Assembly (NCBI GenBank): GCA_963808625.1 | Contig: CAWEHK010000033.1 | Location: 1 to 64,000 of the forward strand | DNA from: an uncultured delta proteobacterium | GTDB lineage: Bacteria; Desulfobacterota; Syntrophobacteria; Syntrophobacterales; Syntrophobacteraceae | Reading direction: 5' to 3' | Length of the DNA stretch: 64,000 nt | Part shown: piece by piece, positions 23,107 to 32,923 of the stretch | How the letters are laid out: the number at the start of each line of letters is the position of its first letter | Position numbering within the stretch: the first letter of the stretch is position 1 | Notes under the pieces: model-generated | Told to the model about the DNA's origin: nothing | What the model saw: the letters and a program-made list of their open reading frames with translations, nothing else | Database searches by the model: none | Made by a program: the position numbers and the translations under genes

Positions 23107-23240
23107 AGCGGGCAACCGGTGGATTTTCTCCCCTTGTGTCCTCACACCACCCGGCATGAGGGACCGCACGGGGCGGTTGTCCAGTCCCGCCGGCATATTC
23201 GAGCCATAAAGATGGCTGCAAATAGTGAAAGCCAAAAGAC
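23107..23240 (-). mobile_element. Group II (class C-like) intron 3' remnant: domains V-VI and possibly the IEP C-terminus
   Basis: Reverse complement aaccgccccgtgcggtccctcatgccgggtggtgtgag (short DV, CGC triad), then ggggagaaaatccaccggttgcccgct (DVI-like); upstream frame contains ...GFHY... Confidence 0.7.
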
Positions 23241-23348
23241 AGGCGGAGCAACCGCTTACTCTGACTTGAATTGACGTTGAAAACGATAGAATCAGGCTCC
23301 CATCCAGCGGGTGAAACATTTCTATCATGCGCAGCAAGCAAATGTAGC

Positions 23349-23456
23349 GATAACTGCCTTATCAATGGAAAAATCAGCGAACGAAAAGTTGAGGAAAGCA
23401 AAAGGATATCGCGCCCAGGTGACCTCTGCCCTCAAGGCTCAGAGGCTGTTAAGTTA
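23349..23456 (+). repeat. Element family A, copy 2 (diverged)
   Basis: gataactgcctt...aaaatc...aaaagttgagg...aaaaggatatc...cctctgccctcaaggctcagaggctgttaagtta. Confidence 0.7.
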
Positions 23457-23516
23457 TCGCCATTTGGCCGGGTAGCAGGTTGTGAGAGTTCTTTCTTTAG
23501 GGTGTTGTTGGCCAGT

Positions 23517-24032
23517 TCAATGGAGGGAGTTGTGGTCGCGATCATGATGCCCGACTGAACTTGGTGTTGTGTGATGCTTGTGAATAAGCGCATGCCCTTT
23601 TCCACGGGAGATCAGCCAGCGGTTCGCAGGAAATGCGGCGACACCGGCAAGGACAAGTGAAAGCATGAGGCTGCCCCAGAAGAGCAGTTGATCCAGCCCT
23701 GCGGACATCGCACCAGGAATGGCGAGCATTACCGCGTTGTCAATAATCTCCATAATGGTGATGGAAAGTGTATCTGACGCCAGAGCGAGTATGATTGCCG
23801 TGCGGAACTCCAATTTTGCCCTCAGAAGAGGGATCAAGGTCAGGAGATAACCAAAAGCAAAGGCGAGAATCACTGAAAGCACGACTGTCGACCAGTTTCC
23901 CCATCCCAGTGCAGTGCCAATTATCATCCCAAGAACTTCACCAATTGAGCAACCAGTGAGACAATGGATTGTTGCACTGAGGGCGATACGATTCAAAGGA
24001 AGTGCGCTGCGATTATGTTTTTCCAGGTTCAT
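23517..24032 (-). CDS. DUF4396 membrane protein with His-rich tail
   Basis: ATIHCLTGCSIGEVLG, DTLSITIMEIIDN, FPANRWLI.RGKGHA. Confidence 0.88.
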   Translation of the reverse strand: MNLEKHNRSALPLNRIALSATIHCLTGCSIGEVLGMIIGTALGWGNWSTVVLSVILAFAFGYLLTLIPLLRAKLEFRTAIILALASDTLSITIMEIIDNAVMLAIPGAMSAGLDQLLFWGSLMLSLVLAGVAAFPANRWLISRGKGHALIHKHHTTPSSVGHHDRDHNSLH

Positions 24033-24064
24033 ATGGCATGCCTCCCTTACACGACTTCATTGAT

Positions 24065-24139
24065 ATCCGGCGTTCGCCTTCTGCGGTTGCCTGAAGCATA
24101 GCAGCGCTGGAGCGATGCGCCTGCAGGGCATTGTTAGAA
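24065..24139 (-). other. Degenerate integron attC-like site
   Basis: Reverse complement TTCTAAC-AATGC-CCTGCAG...CAGAAGG-CGAAC-GCCGGAT just after the VOC gene stop; the R' GTT is eroded. Confidence 0.4.
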
Positions 24140-24155
24140 CCCTCAGATCGATGAG

Positions 24156-24563
24156 TTACTGTTGGTTCAGTGCGCTGGGTTCCATATAGATTAGTTCCCA
24201 GATGTGCCCATCGGGATCTTGGAAGCCGTGCTGATACATAAAGCCGTAGTCCTTCGGTTCGGCATAGGTCGTTCCGCCGGCAGCGACAGCTTTGCCGACC
24301 AAGTCGTTGACCATGTCTCGACTCTCACACGAAAAACACACCAGTACTTCTGTGCTTTTCTTGGCATCACAAATTGGTCTGGGAGTAAACTCCTTGAATT
24401 TCGCCTCAGTCAGCAGCATGACATAGATGTCTTCACTGACGACCATGCAGGCCGCCGTGTCGTCTGTGAACTGTGGATTGAAACTGTAGCCGAGCTTGGT
24501 GAAGAACTCCATGGACCTGTTCAGGTTCTTTACCGGGAGGTTGACAAAGATTTTGGTAGCCAT
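24156..24563 (-). CDS. VOC/glyoxalase family protein
   Basis: MATKIFVNLPVKNLNRSMEFF, FMYQHGFQDPDGHIWE; RBS aaggag. Confidence 0.92.
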   Translation of the reverse strand: MATKIFVNLPVKNLNRSMEFFTKLGYSFNPQFTDDTAACMVVSEDIYVMLLTEAKFKEFTPRPICDAKKSTEVLVCFSCESRDMVNDLVGKAVAAGGTTYAEPKDYGFMYQHGFQDPDGHIWELIYMEPSALNQQ

Positions 24564-24599
24564 GTTTTTCTCCTTGTAGAATCCTAGATGAAGGCACCG

Positions 24600-24903
24600 G
24601 GCGGATTGTGCGTCTGTTGGTGAGCATCCCTCCAACCGGTTAGAGTCATGACAATCCACGGGTTCGTTCTCGAGATGGTGGTGCAGGCGTCGATGTTGCT
24701 CATCGGTCATCGGCAACTGATGTGCTGCTCGATGATCAGCATTGATATCTTCGTATAGTTCCTCGTGTTCGGCCTCCTGGCTTTGGTGCAAAGTACGATG
24801 TTCTTTATACTCCTCACGAGGAAGCGCCAGAGATGGCGAAACCAAGCAACCCTGCCACGGGTAGGGTCAGGAGCACATTCTTCAGCAGTTGCGTTCTCAT
24901 CAT
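24600..24903 (-). pseudogene. Small secreted His/Glu-rich protein, frameshifted; 3' end unclear
   Basis: Signal-like MRTQLLKNVLLTLPVAGLLGFA then EHRTLHQSQEAEHEEL...HRRLHHHLE in another frame. Confidence 0.45.
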
Positions 24904-25109
24904 GGCATTCTCCTTTCGAATTGATGGAGTATGAATGAAGATAGGCACAGGAAAATCGAAAGGCAAGTGATATGCCAGGAGCGTGCTTCCCTGCTGGGCG
25001 TAGGTTATCGGAACCCTGAGGCGCAGCATTTCAGGTCCAAGTGCTTGTTTTCAGCCGATGGGGCCATTATTTTCAAGTTGAGTTGAACCGTTGGCAGAGG
25101 GAGAAGACA

Positions 25110-25471
25110 AAGAACATAAGAAGCATCATCAGGGTTTCCATCGCGATCTTGCTTCTTCTGATTACTTCGTGTGCGACCATTGAAAAAGCCGGGCATAGGT
25201 ACATCATGAGAGGCCAGGTCCTTGAAGTCAGTGACAATATAGCCTATTTGTGTATAGGCAGCAAGGACGGAGCCCAGATTGTTTAGGAATACACGGTCTA
25301 CAGATTTGTAAAAGTGCACAATCCGTACTCGAGACCTGGGGCTCAATACTCCTTTAAGAGGGAAGAAACGGGCAGAATAGAAATCACGGAAATAGTCGAT
25401 GAGGATATGGCAACGGCCAAGGTGGTAAGAGGTGAAGTTAAGGAAAACGACGTCGTCGAATTGAACCAATA
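25110..25471 (+). pseudogene. Lipoprotein paralogue of 25536-25904 with an in-frame TAG (25284-25286) and no clear start codon
   Basis: LITSC, MRGQVLEV..AYLCIGSKDGAQIV*EYTVYRF...KREETGRIEITEIVDEDMA. Confidence 0.75.
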
Positions 25472-25535
25472 AAAGGGCTTGTCTGAGCTAATTCAAAGGC
25501 AAGGATTATGCGTGCCCTTAGCGTCGGAGAGAAAT

Positions 25536-25904
25536 ATGAAGATGAAAAGGAAACTGGTTTTCAATGCGTTTCTGGTGTTTCTGGTTGTCGCTCTGGCAGG
25601 GTGTTCCAGAATGGAAACTGAGAGACACGAGATCCTAATGAAGGGGCAGATACTCGAAGTTACCGATAATTCAGCTTATCTTTGCATCGGTAGCAAGGAT
25701 GGAGCTGATGTGGGTGACCAGTTTGCGGTATACAAATTCACACGAGCAGAGAATCCCGATTCAAAGTATGCCGCACATCCCTACTATAAACGAGAAGTAG
25801 TGGGTAGAATAAAGATCACGGAAATAGTCGATGAGCACATGGCGAGGGCGAATATCCTCTCAGGTGAAGTGAAACCTCACTATTTCGTCGAATTGGAGGG
25901 CTAG
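25536..25904 (+). CDS. Lipoprotein, small beta-rich domain
   Basis: Lipobox LAGC; MKGQILEV..AYLCIGSKDGADVG; KREVVGRIKITEIVDEHMA. Confidence 0.8.
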   Translation: MKMKRKLVFNAFLVFLVVALAGCSRMETERHEILMKGQILEVTDNSAYLCIGSKDGADVGDQFAVYKFTRAENPDSKYAAHPYYKREVVGRIKITEIVDEHMARANILSGEVKPHYFVELEG

Positions 25905-25939
25905 AAAATGAAAGGCATCAGGTGAAACAGGGATCTGAA

Positions 25940-26057
25940 CAGGCATGCCGATAGCTGCCTTGGTTCGAGCAAAATCGACGATCAAAAAGGTCAGTATTCC
26001 AAAAGGATATCTTCAACGATTCACCCCCATCATCATGAGCTTGAGGCTGTTAAGCTA
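25940..26057 (+). repeat. Element family A, copy 3
   Basis: gatagctgccttggttcgagcaaaatcgacgatcaaaaaggtcag...ggatatcttcaacgatt...cttgaggctgttaagcta. Confidence 0.8.
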
Positions 26058-26686
26058 TCATGACCAGAGGTTTGGTCTCCCCCGAGGATGAAAACCGCCT
26101 TGGCTCTCCCTTTCGTCTGGGAGGCGAGCTTCTGACAAGCTTGATCATCGAGAATCGTGATGTTTGAGAAAACGGTCAGGCGGGTGGGCACCCTGTCCCC
26201 GAAACGCCTGGCGGCGCTTGATATTAATCTGCCAAGGGCGGTCAGTACCTTAGATGATGATATGCCACCATCGGGTACAAAAACTCTCCATCACTTCATC
26301 TTGCATTTGACTGAATCCGTTTTGGTTGGGCAGGGGGTTTTCGGAGGCCCTTTCCGAAAACCCCAGCACGGTTTTGACGGTGTCGCAGCCTTGTTGAGGA
26401 GTGAAACCGCCATTCCACATCTGCCCTGAAAGGGGGTCCTGATGTTGGAAAGAAGCTCGCCGGGCCAACACCAGGAAACCGCAGGCTGCGAGACGGTGCA
26501 TAGATGGCGCCCGGCATGATCGTTACACCTCTGCCTTGCAGAGGCTCGTTGTGGGTTGCGGGTTGTTCATTTGACAAGAACCTCGATGAGCGCAGTGGAG
26601 CAAAGCTTTCCCGCGTTTCCTGGAGTCTTGATCAGTAAGTGATTTGACTCTGGGTCACTTTTCGGAGACCATCTCAACTATCCTAA

Positions 26687-27610
26687 TCAGGACAGATAGA
26701 TCCCACTGCAAAAGATCATCCCATCGACCTTCTCAAAATATACGGTTTTCGGCTGCAGCCTTTTGGTCGCCGGATTGAACCATTTGTATTCCGCCCAACC
26801 GCAACCCTTGGTGTTGGCATTATCTACGATTTCCTTAATGAAACTTTTACCATCCATATCCTGGATGTGATAGAAGTCCTTGCCGACAAACTTGGCATTG
26901 ATCGGGTGAGCAAGCATGGTCCCATTGCTATCCAAGACGTATACATATTGTTCATCCTCGACAAAACGTCCGAGGGGAGTAGAGCATTCAGCTAATGCTA
27001 TATCCTTGCCGTTAGCTTTGTAAAAGGTTTTGGCCTTTTCAACCCAACGTTTCGCATCGTCCGGCATGAGCTCGGTGAATCGCTCCTGACCGAGTCCCGT
27101 TTCTACCGCAGCGCTCGCCGGCTCCTGGGATGGGGTGATTTGTCCCACAGAAACCTCATCACCCACGATTGCAGCAAGGGGATCTTCAGGAGGGCTATAA
27201 GCCAGGTTGGACCCGTAGACGCCACTGCAAAAGATCATACCATCGACCCGTTCAAAGCATACTGTTTTAGGCTGTTCGCTTTTGGTGACGGGGTCAATCC
27301 ATTTGTATTCCACCCAGCCGAAATCCTTGATGTTGGCAGTGTCGACGATTTCTTTAATGAACGACTTCCCGTCGGCGTCCTGGACCCGGTAGAAATCCTT
27401 GCCCGGATAACTTTCATTGACTCCGTGGGCAAGCATGGTGCCATTGATATCCAAGACATAAATATACTGCTCGCCTTGCACAAAGTGGCCTTGGGGGTTA
27501 GAGAATTCGGCTAAAGCGATTTCTTTGCCGGTAGCTTTGTAAAAAGCTATCGCCTTGTTCACCCAATCCATTGCATCATTTAGAACCAGTTCTCTCAGAT
27601 AGCCTTCCAT
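26687..27610 (-). CDS. Soluble tandem single-Cache (sCache_2 x2) protein
   Basis: Two repeats of WV.KA..FYKA.GK.IALAE...QY.YVLD.NGTMLAH...GKSFIKEIVD..GW.EYKW..P.TK..QPKTV.FE.VDGMIFCSG.Y; no TM or signal peptide. Confidence 0.88.
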   Translation of the reverse strand: MEGYLRELVLNDAMDWVNKAIAFYKATGKEIALAEFSNPQGHFVQGEQYIYVLDINGTMLAHGVNESYPGKDFYRVQDADGKSFIKEIVDTANIKDFGWVEYKWIDPVTKSEQPKTVCFERVDGMIFCSGVYGSNLAYSPPEDPLAAIVGDEVSVGQITPSQEPASAAVETGLGQERFTELMPDDAKRWVEKAKTFYKANGKDIALAECSTPLGRFVEDEQYVYVLDSNGTMLAHPINAKFVGKDFYHIQDMDGKSFIKEIVDNANTKGCGWAEYKWFNPATKRLQPKTVYFEKVDGMIFCSGIYLS

Positions 27611-27656
27611 ACGCTCCTCCTTTACTCGATGAAGGGTTGATCTGAAGCAACCGGAC

Positions 27657-27944
27657 TCATACAAGTGCCAGTAGCATTCTGAAGCTTTCATCACTCAAAT
27701 GGTGGTAGCCATTGCATAGCACTGGTTGACGCATCTTCCGTTTGGCCTCCTCATCCCACACCAACACCCTGATCGGGCGGTGAGGATCATCAAACCACGC
27801 CAAATCGATTACTTCCCGGATCGTTTTGAAATCGTGATTACCATTTGCGATGACCGGTTCATGCATTCTCTCTTTTGATACTTCATCCCAATGGCAATTC
27901 TCCATAAAATCTTCGGCCGTTGTCTCAAAGTATTCCAGATACAT
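27657..27944 (-). CDS. Hypothetical small protein with an internal repeat (paralogue of 28331-28681)
   Basis: RBS ggggagg; WDEVSKERMHEPVIANGNH / WDEEAKRKMRQPVLCNGYH. Confidence 0.7.
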   Translation of the reverse strand: MYLEYFETTAEDFMENCHWDEVSKERMHEPVIANGNHDFKTIREVIDLAWFDDPHRPIRVLVWDEEAKRKMRQPVLCNGYHHLSDESFRMLLALV

Positions 27945-28249
27945 GACTGACCCTCCCCTTTAGATTCCTTGAGTTGAACAATGCCTTTCTTAAAGTTGAT
28001 TCTCGTTTACCATGTAGGCAGTTAACGAAAGGTTAAACTAATAGGTGACAGAGCCAATTCAATGACCTGGCGACCTATATTCCCCCTCATTTCCTTTCAA
28101 GAAGGCTGATCTTAAAGAACCAGGTACAAGATCACTAGAAACAAGTCAGCTAACCGGAGCTACCGTACTTTCACCGAAATGCAACCCCTGGCCACAACCG
28201 AGACGACTTCTGTTGGTTTATTGATAGATTGATTTGACAGCAAGCTCTA

Positions 28250-28281
28250 TGAGGATCGGCCCTTTCGTGCGGCCGATCCTC
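28250..28281. terminator. Perfect 11-bp GC-rich hairpin
   Basis: gaggatcggcc-ctttcgtgc-ggccgatcctc between the two paralogues; no clear U-tract. Confidence 0.5.
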
Positions 28282-28330
28282 GGCGACTTCATGACCTTTG
28301 CCCTGCGGTGGGGGAACTCGGCCAGATCGG

Positions 28331-28681
28331 TCAGGACCAGGCGTAGTCAGAAAGAATGCGCAAGGTAATTGGGCCTACCCAATGATACCTATAGCCCATT
28401 ACCGGTTGGCGCATTTTCGCAATAGCGTCTGGACCATATGCGGGAAGTTGCTCCTCTCTGAGCGGATCAAAGAACCATGCCAGTTCAGAATAGGTAATTC
28501 GCGAGATGACATCAAAAGGTGGATGGCCGTTGTGGACTAATGGCTCGCGCGCCTTATCCAGAGTGGCCTTATCCCGGGGGTAGTCGATAAAGGATCCGCC
28601 GTTCACACCATCAAAGCCGTTATCGGGGATGACGGTCCCGGCCACTCTTTTCAGTTCCTCGTTTTGGGCGATTCCAGACAT
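28331..28681 (-). CDS. Hypothetical small protein (paralogue of 27657-27944)
   Basis: RBS gaggaggg; KAREPLVHNG...LAWFFDPLR...KMRQPVM...YH. Confidence 0.7.
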   Translation of the reverse strand: MSGIAQNEELKRVAGTVIPDNGFDGVNGGSFIDYPRDKATLDKAREPLVHNGHPPFDVISRITYSELAWFFDPLREEQLPAYGPDAIAKMRQPVMGYRYHWVGPITLRILSDYAWS

Positions 28682-28794
28682 TTTTTCCCTCCTCACAATG
28701 TTGGCGGTAAACAATGTTCATCGGGAATTGCACTGGTCGACTCAACCCTACCGATTGAGGACAGGGAAATCAATCGAGGGAAGTACCCTTTTTG

Positions 28795-28814
28795 CCTAGG
28801 TATGATTACCTAGG
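28795..28814. promoter_or_regulatory. Perfect palindrome, candidate NarL/LuxR-family operator
   Basis: CCTAGGTA-TGAT-TACCTAGG upstream of 28681, with related gagggaagtac/gagggaaatac motifs nearby. Confidence 0.55.
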
Positions 28815-28858
28815 AACAGTGGAGGGAAATACTTAGGAAGTGACACAAAGGTGAGATA

Positions 28859-29506
28859 TTAAAATTGAATATATCCCATTGAAAGGGCATACTTAACGAG
28901 GTCCGTGTTCTTAGTGATGTTCAGCTTTCTCATGATATTGGAACGATGATTGTCCACAGTACGAATACTTAAGCATAATATTGCCGCAATCTCCTTGCTC
29001 GATTTCCCCTCAGCAACGAGTTTCAGGACTTCCGTTTCCCGTGCCGTAAGGAGATCGGGTTGATTAACCTTTCGGTGCCTTTGAACATAGAATTCTTTCA
29101 GGTAGGGAACAATGAGGGGAGAGATGTATACCTCCCCCTGCTGTATGGTCTTTATTGCATTCAGGAGTTCTCTGGGCGCATCTTCTTTCAGCAGGTAACC
29201 ATTGGCTCCTGCAGCGATGGCATGTTCCAGCAACTCTCTCCCCTTATGCATCGTAAGGATCAATACCTTAAGCCCGGGATAGATGGCTTTAACCCGCTGG
29301 GTGGCCTCGATTCCGGATATATTGGGCATGGTGATATCCAGAATCGCCAAGTCAGCCTTCACGTTTCGCAGGAGTTCCAAGAGTTCGGAGCCATCACTTG
29401 CTTCTCCTACTACCTGCAGATCCGGGCTCTCCTCGATGAGTTTCCTGATACCCTGGCGTACCAGGACATGGTCATCAGCCAGCACGATGCGGTAAGGGGA
29501 CATCAT
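28859..29506 (-). CDS. NarL/FixJ-family response regulator (REC + LuxR HTH)
   Basis: LADDH, LDITMP, LTMH, GYLLK, LTARETEVLKLVAEG..SKEIA..TVDNHRSNIMRKL. Confidence 0.95.
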   Translation of the reverse strand: MMSPYRIVLADDHVLVRQGIRKLIEESPDLQVVGEASDGSELLELLRNVKADLAILDITMPNISGIEATQRVKAIYPGLKVLILTMHKGRELLEHAIAAGANGYLLKEDAPRELLNAIKTIQQGEVYISPLIVPYLKEFYVQRHRKVNQPDLLTARETEVLKLVAEGKSSKEIAAILCLSIRTVDNHRSNIMRKLNITKNTDLVKYALSMGYIQF

Positions 29507-32307
29507 GGCTTTTCCCTTTCCTTGAGGGTGAGTGAGAACGATACCATGGTCCCTTGCCCGGCTTGACTAAAATCTGGAACGCGCCACCCAGCATGTGGGT
29601 CCGTTCCTTCATGGCAAAGAGTCCCATACCCTTTTTAGAGGCCGGTCGCCGGCTCACTTCCCGGATATCAAACCCCTTACCGTTATCAGCCACACTGAAG
29701 TTCACCTGTTCGCCCTGCCTCTTGATGGACAAGGACACCTGAGTTGCCCCGGAATGTTTCACGATATTCGTCAAAGCCTCCTGGAAGACACGATATACTG
29801 CCGCCAACGTTCTTCGAGGGAAGTAGGGACTGATGTCCTGTCAAGTCCAACAGACAGCAGAGCCCATTTCTCTGGCACACCTCGTCGAACAAATGTTTGA
29901 GGGAAGCTGCGAGCCCCAACTCCTCCAGCAGATAGGGGCTTAAATCATGGCAGAGCCTTCGCATATCTGCAACGCTGTGGTCAATGCGGCTAAGCAGGAA
30001 GTCGCAATCATCTTTCAGGGACCTTTGATCTTCCTTCAGCTTATTCTGGATCGAGGTCAAGTAGATTTTCAGCACGGTCAGGTCTTGCCCCAGTCCATCA
30101 TGCAGCTCTTTTGAAATCCGATTCCGCTCTTTTTCCTGGATGGTAAAGAGTTGCGAGGTCAAGGAGCGCAAGTTCTTTTCGGACTGTTGAAGGGTCTCTT
30201 CGCTCTTGAGCAGTGCCGCTTCTGCCCGCCTGCGCTCAGCAATTTCTTGACTCAGCTGCTCATTAGAGACTTTGATGGTGGCCAATGCCTCTTTGATCCC
30301 GCTCAAGTCCCTGGCGACAGCAACACTGCCGAGAGTTTTGTTTTGGCTGCCTCTAAGCAAGCCAATAGAAATCTCAAAGGGGACAATGTCGCCATCCTTT
30401 CTCTTCATCTTCATTTCCCATTTCTTCACCGAACCTTCCTGGCGCAGCTGCACGAGCATTCTTCGAAGTTCATCCTTATCCGCATATAGATCAAAACCGG
30501 ACTTACCCTTCATTTCTTCGAGGGTATAGCCGTAAAGCTCTGCGGCCATTCGGTTCCACCTGATGAATCTGCCGGATCCATCGACGATGCCGATGGCATC
30601 GGGGGAATTCTCAAAGATGTTCTCCAGGTAGGTGTTCGCTTGCTTTAATTCATACTCTACATTTTTGCGGTCAGTGATGTCGGAAACGAGACCGTCGCAG
30701 GCGACAAGCCTGCTGGCGGCATCATAGCGGGGCACAATGGTATTCCGCACCCAGCGGGTGGTTCCATTCTTGTGAATAATGCGATGCTCCAACGGAACTT
30801 TTGCTTCGCCTCGTAAGGCGGTCTCCGCGTGCTGTTTCACGACATGCTGGTCTTCGGGATGAACCATTTCATACCACAGATAAGGCATCCGGACATAATC
30901 TTCCGGTGTGAAGCCAGTGACCGCTACGCAACCCTGGCCGTGGGTGGTGGACACTGGCAATCCGTCTTTCAACTCAACCGTGAAAATGTAGTCGGTAACC
31001 GAACCGAGCAACAGCTTGTAGCGTTGCTCGCTAGCCTGCAGGGCTTCCTCGCCTCGCTTGCGGTCGGTCATTTCACGGTTGCTCCCGCGCCGGCCCAGAT
31101 ACTGCCCCTCAGCATCAAACACCGGTTGATAGACGTGGCCGATCCAGCGTGTGGTGCCGTCACGATGGATGATGCGAAATTCGCATTCGCATGAGGTGCC
31201 GCTGGTCTGACACTGTTCTAAATGGGCCTCATATCGGCCCTTGTCATCGGGGTGGATGATACGGAAGAGCAGTTCGGGGTCGTCTTCGTACTCGCCTGCC
31301 CTGCGGCCAGTAATCCTTTCGCAGGAAGGCGACGAGTAAAGGTAGCGCCCTTCGGGGCTTACCCAATACTCCCAGTCATAGGTGTTATCCGCGACAATCC
31401 GGTGCTTGATCTCGGATGAGCGCAGTGCGTCTTCCGCCAGCCGGCGCTCGCTGATATCCTCGGCAAAGCCTTCCAGGATGGCGGGTTCAGCCGATCTGTC
31501 GGGAATTCTACGAAAGAATAGCCGCGCGGTGATTTTCTCGCCATCCTTGCGGCGCAAATGGATTTCCACCTTGTCCCATGCCCCGTTGCCTGCTAACGCT
31601 TTGCTTACTACGAGCTTCAGCCTCTCTTCCGGAGCGGCGTACAAAGCCTCAGCAACCGAGGTCCGGTTTGTCGTGGCGATCATTTCTTGGGGTGATGAGT
31701 AGCCGAGAATACGGGACAGCTCGAGGTTCGCATCGAGCAGTCTGCCGTCTGCCGTAGTGCGAAATATCCCGATGGGCGCATTATCGAAAATGCTGCGGTA
31801 CTTCTCCTCGCTCGTCCGAAGAGCTTCCTCTGCTCGTTTACGATGGGTGATGTCCTGATGAAATCCAAGAAAATACGATTCGCCTCCAATCTGGATGACA
31901 TTGCATGAAACGTTCAAGAGAACCTTGTGACCGTTCTTGTGATAATGCTCAACTTCAAAATTCATCGATTCGCCCGTCAAAAGCCTGCGCAGACGTTCGG
32001 GCGCCAATCTCGCGGTTTCGGGGGCGTCCAGATCCGACAGCTTTAGGTGTTCCATTTCCTTCGGGCTACCATAGCCATGTAATTTGGCGAACGATTCATT
32101 TACAGTGAAGTTCGTTTCGCCGATTGGCATCATCATGATCCCGTCAGTAGCCTGGTCAAAAAGCGTCCGGTATTTCGACTCGGATTGCTGTAGCGCCTCC
32201 TCCGCCTGCTTACGTTCGTCTTCTGCCTTCTCCAGTTCGGCCATGCGCCTACGCATCTGGATCAATTCATCAAGCAATTGCTCCTTGGTCTTAACTTTGT
32301 CTTTCAT
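29503..32307 (-). CDS. Cytoplasmic multi-PAS (about 5) HisKA_3 histidine kinase; frameshifts at ~29830 and ~29550
   Basis: QEKERNRISKELHDGLGQ; YRVFQEALTNIVKHS, DNGKGFD, GMGL..MKER; no TM. Confidence 0.9.
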
Positions 32308-32923
32308 TCCGAGTCTCCTCAGATTTAAGTGGCACTGCTCTGCCCGGAATAATTCTACCATATTCAGAGTTAGACCTTACTTGCTACCGCGATGTTTTCA
32401 AACGCGAGCGACGCCGAGGATGGGTTCAACGGTAGCCCGTCGGAGGGGGGCGCCGGGGGCGGCCGGCACAGCGGTTCATAAGAAACTTGTATACCAGAAA
32501 CCGAGTAAGATACCCAAGGTAATGATAGCTGCCTTGAATCGCGCTGTTGACGCTGCAACCTTTTAATTTCAGCTCTCCTATATGGATACCTGGAGGTCCT
32601 GCCAATTCCCTCAACAGTTGCTTTCTATATGTGCACAAGGCCAACCGTTGGAAAGCCCGAGTGCTGGACAACCGCTTGGAGAGCGCCCCCTTTCCCTCAA
32701 CCAGTTTCTTCAGGATCTTGAGTGCGGTTTTCGGCGCTTTCGGAAAACGTTGCAGTCTCTCTTTCTTGATCTTCTCCCAGTCCAAAGCTCGACTATGATA
32801 CACACATGACCCCGTGGGTAGGACATGGTGGTGATACGGAGAAGGGGAGCAAGCGATGATGAAAGTGGAAACGCTAGGAGCTGGAGAGAGGACCGGAAAA
32901 CGAGCCAGGCTGTTGAGTCTCCT

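Noticed and set aside
24156..24845. 229 aa His-rich::VOC fusion in the ORF track
   Set aside because: The VOC gene has its own RBS and ATG at 24563; the upstream part is a separate broken gene
22116..26676. Inward-facing IS3-like ends (TGACCTGCCCC at 22116; TGAGATGGTCTCC on the minus strand ending at 26676) as a composite transposon
   Set aside because: The ends match each other poorly, with no target duplication or transposase; at most unrelated relics
27950..28250. Riboswitch in the long leader of the 27944 gene
   Set aside because: No known aptamer consensus recognised by eye; an Rfam scan would be needed
32426..32803. Basic 125 aa ORF
   Set aside because: No recognisable motif; possibly a fragment
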